NCBI GenBank assembly: GCA_013265495.1
Contig: MU058423.1
Location: forward strand, 13,061 to 77,060
Reading direction: 5' to 3'
Source: Vicugna vicugna
Lineage: Eukaryota
DNA: 64,000 nucleotides
A model generated the notes under the pieces. It worked only from the letters and a program-made list of their open reading frames with translations, did not search any database and was not told where the DNA came from. Shown here piece by piece: positions 55,697-64,000 of this stretch (the stretch's first letter is position 1; the number at the start of each line of letters is the position of its first letter). The position numbers and the translations under genes are program-made.

Positions 55697-57529
55697 TAGC
55701 ACCCAAAGTAATAAAATACCTAGGAGTAAATCTAACCAAGGAGGTGAAAGACTTATACACGGAAAATTATAAAACACTGATTAAGGAAATTAAAGAAGAC
55801 TTAAAAAAATGGAAAGATAGCCCATGCTCCTGGATTGGAAGAATCAATATTTTTTAAATGGTCATACTGCCCAAGGCAATCTATAGATTTAATGCAATCC
55901 TTATCAAATTACCCAGGACAAATTTCACAGAACTAGAACAAATCATAATCAAATTTATATGGAACCACAAAAGACCTAGAATTGCCAAAGCATTACTGAA
56001 GAAAAAGAAAGAGGCTGGAGGAATAACCCTCCCAGACTTCAGACAATACTACAGAGCTACAGTTATCAAGACAGCATGGTATTGGTACAAAAACAGACTT
56101 ATGGACCAATGGAACAGAATAGAGGGCTCAGAAATGAACCCACAAACTTTTGGTCAACTAATCTTTGACAAAAGAGGCAAGAATATACAATGGAATAAAG
56201 ACAGTCTCTTCAGCAAATGGTGTTGGGAAAACTGGACAGCAGCATGTAAAGCAATGGAGCTAGAACACTCCCTTACACCATACACAAAAATAAACTCAAA
56301 ATGGATCCAAGACGTAAACATAAAACAAGATACAATAAACCTCCTAGAAGAAAATATAGGCAAAACATTATCTGACATACACCTCAAAAATTCTCTCCTA
56401 GGGCAGTCTACCCAAGCAATAGAAATAAAAGCAAGAATAAACAAATGGGACCTAATTAAACTTACAAGCTTCTGCACAGCAAAGGAAACCATAAGTAAAA
56501 CAAAACGACAGCCTATGGAATGGGACAAAATTTTTGCAAATGATGAAACCAACAAAGGCTTAATCTCTAGAATATATAAGCAGCTCATACGACTTAATAA
56601 GAAAAAACAAACAACCCAATCCAAAAATGGGCAGAAGACCTAAACAAGCAATTCTCCAAGGAAGACATACAAATGATCAATAGGCACATAACAAAATGCT
56701 CAATATCACTAATTATCAGAGAAATGCAAATCAAAACTACAATGAGGTACCACCTCACACCAGTCAGAATGGCCATCATTCAAAAATCCACAAATGACAA
56801 ATGCTGGAGAGGCTGTGAAGAAAAGGGAACCCTCCTACACTGCTGGTGGGAATGTAGTTTGGTGCAGGCACTGTGGAAAGCAGTATGGAGATTCCTCAAA
56901 AGACTAGGAATAGACTTACCCTGTGACCTAGGAATCCCACTCCTGGGCATATATTCAGAAGGAACCCTATTTCAAAAAGACACCTGCACCCCAATGTTCA
57001 TAGCAGCACTATTTACAATAGCCAAGACATGGAAACAGCCTAAATGTCCATCAACAGATGATAGGATAAAGAAGATGTTGTATATTTATACAGTGGAATA
57101 CTATTCAGCCATGAAAACTGACAACATAACACCATTTGGAGCAACATGGATGTCCCTGGAGAATGTCATCCTAAGTGAAGTAAGCCAGAAAGAGAAAGAA
57201 AAATACCATACGAGATCGCTCATATGCAGAATCTAAAAATAAATAAAATAAATACAAAACAGAAGTAGACTCATAGACATAGAATACAAACTTGTGGTTG
57301 CCACGGGGATGGGGGGTGGGAAGGGACTGGGATTTCAAAATGTAGAATAGATAAACAAGATTGTACTGTGTAGCACAGGGAAATATATACAGGATCTTGT
57401 GGTGGCTCACAGCAAAAGAGAATGTGACAATGAATGTATGTATGTTCATGTATAACTGAAAAATTGTGCTCTACACTGGAATTTGACACAATATTGTAAA
57501 ATGACTATAACTCAATAAAAAAATGTTTA
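55697..57529 (+). mobile_element. Young 5'-truncated LINE-1 with TSD
   Basis: ORFs 55858-56643 and 56673-57236 are the ORF2 C-terminal half (two frameshifts); TSD aaaaataacaagcgttgga 55678-55696 / aaaaataacaagtgttaga 57530-57548. Confidence 0.95.
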
Positions 57530-58350
57530 AAAAATAACAAGTGTTAGAAAATCTGAGGAAAAAGTTGAAACATACACTGCTTGGTAGTTCCTCAAAAAGT
57601 TAGAACAGTTACCATATGACCCAGCAACTGTACTTCTTAAGTATATACTTAAGACAAATGAAAGCATATGTTCACCCAAAAACTTGTACACAAATGTTCA
57701 TAGCAACTTTACTCATAATAGCCAAAAAGTATAAAAAAACCCAAATGCCCATCAACTGATGAACAAATAAACACAATGTGATATACCCATACAATGGACT
57801 ATTATTCAGCCATAAAAAGGAATTAAGTGCTATAATATGGGTGATCAAGCTAAGTAAAAGAAACCAGACACATAAGTTCACATATTGTATGATTCCACTT
57901 ATATAAAATATCCAGAAGACAAATACACAGAGACTGGAAGTACATTAGTGGTTGCCAGGGGATAGGAAAATGGGGGAATTGGAATTAACTGCTAATCATT
58001 TGGGGGTTGGGGGAGTGGGAGGGATATGGAAATGATAGTGGTAATGGTTGCACAGCATGATGAAAATACTAAAAACCACTTAAGCGTACACTTTAAAATG
58101 GTGGATTTTATGTTATGAGGATTATATCTCAAAAAAACAAAAAAACTGAACAGAAACTTAGTTTTCTTATTTTCTAGATAAAATATTTGAGCAATGTAAC
58201 CAGCATCAGTAATAAATTTCCAATTTTGTATTTACAAAATCCCCCCTGCTTTTTTTATAGTAGTATTTCTTATCCCAATCTCTAATTTCTCAAGTTGAAA
58301 TCTTTCCGAGTTTGCAAATAGCTGTAAGGTATTTCTCTAAGGCAGCCTAC

Positions 58351-58377
58351 CTTGCACTGTCTCTAATAGTTCTCAAC
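58351..58377 (-). other. Candidate 27-nt micro-exon
   Basis: Acceptor cacatttctgttttaaAG, donor CAAG|GTAGGC; open only in phase 2 (LRTIRDSA). Confidence 0.25.
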
Positions 58378-58428
58378 CTTTAAAACAGAAATGTGAAGTA
58401 ATGGGGATTTGTACAATAAAATAAAAAA

Positions 58429-58443
58429 CCACTAGAGGGCACT
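58429..58443 (+). promoter_or_regulatory. CTCF core motif
   Basis: CCACTAGAGGGCACT matches the CTCF consensus CCAC[C/T]AG[A/G][G/T]GGC. Confidence 0.55.
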
Positions 58444-59139
58444 GTATGCCCTCTGGTTTGCAGTAAAGATTTCTGTCCAGAAAAACTTTTTGCTTTGAAG
58501 ATTATGCTTCAACAGTAGTCCAGAAAGCTGTCTATTCATCTGGTCAAACCATTTGTTAGCTGAGTGGCTTGAGGAAACTCTTTCAGCCTCTGGGTTTCAA
58601 ATTCCACATCTGTAAAATGTGGGGAGCTGGCTACATGATTTCAAAGTTTCTGCCAACTCTAAAATTCTTATCTTGTGCTGCTTTAAAACCAGGATGACAT
58701 CTGGAATAAAAAATAAATAGTAGAATTTATTTTTAATCATTTTTCTAGCTCACTCAAATAGCTTCCTCTTGCTACCTTCCCTATTTCTGTATTTCCATTT
58801 AACCAGCTTAGATGCTCTTGGGATCTTTCTCTCTTACACACTCTTTACTGACAACTTGCAAAAGCACGATACATAAACACTCTCATAGCATATCCCCAGT
58901 TTTACCAATCACTTTCTCTTTAGATTCTCCTGACAAGTTCAGCTGTAGGTACTATCTCCAATGTGCCTGGTGAGGAAACAGAGGCCTGGAAAAGTTCGGT
59001 GAATTGCCCACATAAACACAGCCAGTAAGTTATAGGACCTGGCCTTCCAACTCCAAAGCCTGTGCTCTTCTGTACAATATCTGCCATCAGTGGGAAGACA
59101 GAGGTCGTGTGGGGCCTGAAGTATACACACTTTCGCTGT

Positions 59140-59850
59140 CTGTATTAGTTTTCTATCACTGCTGTAACAGATTAACACAAATTCAGTGGTTTAAGACAAT
59201 AAATTCATTATTTTACAGTTTTATAGGTCAGAAGTACAACACAGGCCTCTTTGGGCTGAAATCAAGGTGTCATGAGAGCCGTGTTCCCTCTGGAGGCTCT
59301 AGAAAAGTCTGTTTCCTTGCCTGTCCCAGCTTCTAGAGGCCACCTGCATTCCTTGGCTGCTGCCCCCTTTCCTCCAACTTCAAAGCTAGCAAAAGCAGGT
59401 CAAGTCCTCACACTGCATCACTCTGACCTGTTTGCCTACCCTCTTCCACTTTTAAGGACTGTTTTGGGGGGAAAACTAAACTGAAGTCATTTTTCTTTTT
59501 TTCTTTTTTTCTTTTTTTTGAAGTTACAATGTATATATATATATATATTCATATATATATGTATGTATATATATATATATTCATATATATATGTATGTAT
59601 ATATATATTCATTTTCATATTCTTTTTCACTAAAGGTTATTATAAGATATTGAATATAGTTTTTAAGGACTGTTAATTACACTAGGCCCAGACAATGCAG
59701 GATAATCTCCCTGTTTTAGGGTCAGCTGACTAGCAAATTAATAAATTCCATCTGCAACCTTAATTCCCCTTTGTCATGTAATGTAACATATTCACAGATT
59801 CCAAGGATTAGGACATGGACTTCTTGGGGGGTGGATGGCTTCTGACTATC
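59140..59850 (-). mobile_element. MLT1-type LTR interrupted by a short L1 3'-end insertion (59464-59660) containing (TA)n
   Basis: MLT1 signatures; 14-bp TSD ttttaaggactgtt at 59450-59463 and 59661-59674. Confidence 0.75.
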
Positions 59851-61037
59851 ACAATGGCCCTCTTCAAGATATGTAAACTTAGAATTACAAAATTAGACAT
59901 GATCCTCTTAACAGAAAGAGGAAACTGTCTCTCCATGTTTATTTATTTGGCTTATTTACTGAGGTAAATTCATACAACATGACGTTAACCATCTTAGAGT
60001 ACACATGAAATTAGTACATTCGCAATGTTGCACAGCCACCATCTATATCAAGTTTCAAATCCATTTTCCTTACCCTAAAAGAAAACTCCATATCTATTAA
60101 GCAGTCACTCCCCCCAGCCCCTGGCAACCACTAATCTCCTTTCAGCCTCTATGGATTTACCAATTGTGGAAATTTAACAAAATAGAATCATACAGTTTCT
60201 GACCTTTTTGTGTCTGGCTACTTACGATTTAAGACCTTTTGTATCTGGCTACTCTCACTTAAATCAGTCTTTTCAAGGCTCATCCATGTGTAGCATGTAT
60301 CAGTATTCCATTTTTCTTTGTGGCCAAATAACATTCCATTGTATGGCGATACTGCATTTGTTAGATCATGCATCTAATGATGCACATCGGGCTGTTTCCA
60401 ACCTTTGGTTACTGTAAATGGTGTTGCTATGTACATTCCTATACAAGTATGTGTTTGAATACCTGTTTTCAATTTTTTGGGTATATACTTAGAAGTAGAA
60501 TTGCTGGGTCATATGGTAATTCTAAGTTTAACTTTTTGAGGAACCAACAAACCATTCCATAGTGGCTGTACCATTTTATACTCCCACGAGTAATGTGCAT
60601 GTTTTCAAATTTCTCCACATTCTTGCCAAGACTTAGTTTCGTTTAAAAAATTGTTATGATAGCCACGGGAGTAGAGTAGCATCTTGTAGTTGTGATTTGC
60701 ATTTCTCTAATGACTAATGATGTTGAGTATCTTGAAGCACGCTTACACATCTTTTTCGTAAAACACCTATTCAAACCTTTGTTCATTTTTTAATTGGTTG
60801 TCTTTTTGTTTTTGAGTTCTAAGAGTTCTTCACATATTCTGGATATTACACCTTGATTTGCATATATTTTCTCCCATTCTGTAGGTTGTCTTTTCACTTT
60901 TTTTGTAATGTCCTTTGATGCACAAAAGCTTTTAATTTTGAGGAAATCCAATTAATCTTTTTCTTTTGTTGCTCCTCTTTTGGTATTGTATCTAAGAATC
61001 CATTATCAAATCCAAGGTCATTAAGATTTACCCATTT

Positions 61038-61667
61038 TTGGCCCGGGACCACCGCGCCCTGTGGCCGGTCGTCCGCAGCTGCCTGCCGCGCGCCGACGCC
61101 GCCAGTGCCTGCCTCCTGGGCCACTTCTGCGCGCGCGGACCCATAGGACGCAACCTGCTGTGCAAACCTGAGAGTGAAGATGGCTTCCAGAAATGGATGA
61201 GGCTGAGCGATGGGGACGACTGGCCAGAGGAGGAAAACTGTCAGGTCATTCCTGGACTCCCTTATCTGACCTACCTCCTATCTGCCTACAGGTGTTGTTA
61301 CAACAAGAAAGTATTGGACTTGGAGGAGGAGGGTTTCTGGCCGGAACTCCTGGATAGTGGCAAGATGGAGATTTACGTCTCCCACAGGTGGACAGACCAA
61401 CAAGGCACGAACTGTGTCTATCAGCTAATTGCCCAGATTCTTGATGCCAACCACGTCATCTTGGACCATTTCTCTCCTAAACCTTATCCCATCCGGCAGT
61501 GTAGAAACAATGTCATCTTTGAGGTCAGCCATGTGTTCTCCAACCTCAAGACGGGCGTCTGCTTTGTGTCTCTTGAACACTGGATCTGGGATATGGAGCT
61601 CTACTCTGAACATTGTGGAATCTATTTGCCCGACTCCAGTGTGATCGTGCAGGTCAGTCCGTCCTAG
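61038..61667 (+). CDS. Uninterrupted FBA (F-box-associated, sugar-binding) domain ORF within the retrocopy; F-box absent
   Basis: 209 codons with no stop or frameshift; the TTG start is created by the insertion junction; first in-frame ATG at 61197 would give 156 aa; translation unproven. Confidence 0.45.
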   Translation: MARDHRALWPVVRSCLPRADAASACLLGHFCARGPIGRNLLCKPESEDGFQKWMRLSDGDDWPEEENCQVIPGLPYLTYLLSAYRCCYNKKVLDLEEEGFWPELLDSGKMEIYVSHRWTDQQGTNCVYQLIAQILDANHVILDHFSPKPYPIRQCRNNVIFEVSHVFSNLKTGVCFVSLEHWIWDMELYSEHCGIYLPDSSVIVQVSPS

Positions 61668-62379
61668 TCAAAGGACTGTCCTTGCAAAACCACCTGACTG
61701 TGCCTTCCAGGAGCTGCGACCATTGGTTGGGACATCCTATTTGTTAATCAAGGGCTTGTAGCTCCCTGGCATGCTGGGATCTCCTGGGTCCAACTGAGGG
61801 TCCTACTGGGCCCTGGCTTCTGGTTCTGGAAGCCACTAGAAGGGAGTTCCTACATCAGTTTTACCTGCTGCTGCTGTTCTAAGGCAGCCCCTGTCCTTCT
61901 GAGTGGAGACCTCCAGGTGAGCACAGGGAAATGCTGGAACTGGATGGATCCTCACTCTCCCTCCGAGGCCTTCTGTTTCGGCCCCAGTCCCCTGCCCTTG
62001 TCTCCTCTGTTTCTGCTCAAGAAAATTTACCGATGCCTTCTGGGAAGCCCTCTCCTTTGGTCTGAACTAGAACCTCATCCTTATGGCTGAGAAAGTTCCT
62101 GCCCCCTTGGGTGGTGAACTTAACCTCCTGAGATTTCAAGACTGGGACCAGGACTCACAGCTGAAAGTCAACTACCTCAAAACAAGTTTGGAGTCAGATG
62201 TTTCTGCCTACCCTGTGAAAAATGAAGTGGTCCCTTGAGCCCAACCATACCCTAAATTATATGATGTATAAAATTGTTTTACTATTTTGAAATTCTTTTC
62301 AAACTTGGAGAGAATAATCAGCAGCAATCTATCTGCCAATCATATGTAATAAATGTATTATTTTGCCGAAAAAAAAAAA
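61040..62379 (+). pseudogene. FBXO27: 5'-truncated processed retrocopy of an FBXO27-like (FBA-domain F-box) mRNA
   Basis: Intronless; perfect 17-bp TSD aagatttacccattttt (61023-61039 / 62380-62396) at a TT|AAGA L1-endonuclease site; AATAAA 62348-62353; poly(A) 62369-62381; translation has FBXO27-type motifs ARDH, PIGRNL, VLDLEEEGxWPELLDSG, LDAN, HVFSN, SSVIV. Confidence 0.9.
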
Positions 62380-62996
62380 AAGATTTACCCATTTTTACCC
62401 ATGCTTTCTTCTGAAAGTTTCATAGTTTAGCTCTTACTTTGGTTGTTGGTTAATCCATTTTGAGTTAATTTCTGTATATGGCATAAGGTAGCGGTGCAAC
62501 TTCATTCTTTGGCATATGGATATTCAGTTGTCCCAACATCATTTGTTGAAGAAACTTCTCTTTTCCCATTGAATGGTCTTGGCATTCTTTTGGAAAATCA
62601 ATTGGCCCTAGATTTATGAGTTTATTTCTGAACTTTCAATTCTATTCTCTTGGTCTATATACCTATCCTTATGCCAGTACACCATTGTTTTGATCATTGC
62701 AACTTTGTAATAAGTTTTGTAACAAGGAAGTGTGAGTCCTCCAACATTGTTCTATTTTAATACTTTTTTGAGTATTCAGAGTCCTGTGCAATTCCATATG
62801 AATTTCCACTTTTGCACAAAGTGCTGTTCGAATTTTAATAGTGATTGCTTTGAATCTGTAGATCAAGCCGGGTAGCACTGCCATTTTAACAAGTATTCCA
62901 ATCCATGAACATGAAGTCTTTACATTCATTTAGGTCTTCTTCAGTTTCTTTCAGCAAACATTTTCTAGTTTTCAGTGTGTAAGTCTTTCACTTTTA

Positions 62997-63770
62997 TGTA
63001 GTAAGGAATTTGGCCTCATCTAAAGAGAGGTCAGGCCTTTGCCCTAGCTCCTGGGAGGTGATCTCTACACCCTTGCAATTTCCCAAGTGATAGGAAGGGT
63101 CATGATGGGTCCCTAAGACCAACTCTGAGAGTTTATCCTAATAAGGTGTCTCAGGGTGAGCCGCTTCATAGTTTGTTAATGAAATGACTCAGGATAGGGC
63201 TGGCAATGTCCAAAAAGGCCAACAATGTGATTGAAGAGGTAGGGCTTTGTGTGACGTGATAACAGCCCAACTTGGGGAGGGGGTGGAGCTGGAGAGTTTA
63301 ATTCGGTCACACAGGCTATGACTCATGCTAAGTAAGGAAGCTTCATAAAACACTGGATAACCAGGGCTTGAGTGAGCATTCCCAGTTCGCAATACTCTTT
63401 AAGCACTGTCACACATCCCCGCTGAGAGGAGGGAACAGCACTCAGGACTCCGCCTGGAAGGGTCAAGCAGAACTCCACGTCTGGGCTGCTCTCAGATACC
63501 ACCCTCTGCTACTCGTCCCGGGCCTGACTCCAGTGTATCCTTTTTTCTGTAATAAATATGACTGGATATAATAGTTTTCAGTGCATTCTATGAGTCTTTC
63601 TAGCAAATTATTGAGCCTGAGGGTGGTTGTGAGAACACCTAAATTTGTGGCCAGACTGTCTTAAGTCAGGGTGTCCCTGGAGACCCTCAATCCTGCAGCT
63701 GGTATCTGAAGTAAAGACAGTTTTGTGGGAAGTGTTTCTTCGGACAGTACAGCTGCCTAAACTCTTTGCA
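62997..63770 (+). mobile_element. MER21-like ERV LTR
   Basis: tgtagtaaggaatttggcc...aagagaggtcaggcctttgccc...aataaa...gca. Confidence 0.75.
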
Positions 63771-64000
63771 ACCTCTTAGCTAAATCTATCCCTAGGTATT
63801 TTATTCTTTTGGACGTTGTTGTAAACGGAATTGTTTCCCTAATTTCTTTTTCTATTTACTTGTTTTTAACAAATACTTATTCAGCACTTGCTATACGCTA
63901 GGCTCTGTTCCATGTGCTTCACAAACACTAATTTTATCCCCCAGCAAACCTCACTAGGTACTTTGTTGGAAACTGAGCAGTCTGGCTCCTGAGTCCATAT

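Larger units (their letters stand above)
59940..63870 (-). mobile_element. Old L1M (3' part), host to the retrocopy and to a MER21-like LTR
   Basis: L1 3'UTR/ORF2-like sequence continuous across both inserts (e.g. ORF 62669-62929 SWIGILVKMAVLP...). Confidence 0.8.

Noticed and set aside
1..64000. CRISPR arrays, rRNA or prokaryotic-type systems
   Set aside because: No regularly spaced repeats or operon-like ORFs; the window is mammalian repeat-rich DNA

Overview
Repeat-dense mammalian genomic DNA, most likely camelid: two tRNA-derived Vic-1-like SINEs and young L1s, with no Alu, B1 or Bov-A seen. Most of the window is LINE-1, L2, LTR and SINE sequence, often nested and with visible target-site duplications (TSDs). 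There is one assembly gap (37271-37833). The only protein recognisable with confidence is an intronless, 5'-truncated FBXO27-like retrocopy (61040-62379). It has a perfect 17-bp TSD, a poly(A) signal and tail, and an uninterrupted but strongly diverged FBA-domain ORF lacking the F-box. Splice signals suggest the last coding exon of an unidentified + strand gene near 1.0-1.2 kb and several 3' exons of an unidentified - strand gene (about 58.4, 52.1, 45.6 and 44.0 kb). Other notable structure: a ~340-bp fold-back inverted repeat at 3.45-3.79 kb, a MER41-like LTR with a GAS motif, a 5'-inverted L1 and a palindromic CTCF-like site. Family names come from recalled consensus similarity, not database searches. 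Most ORFs in the supplied track are repeat-derived or spurious.
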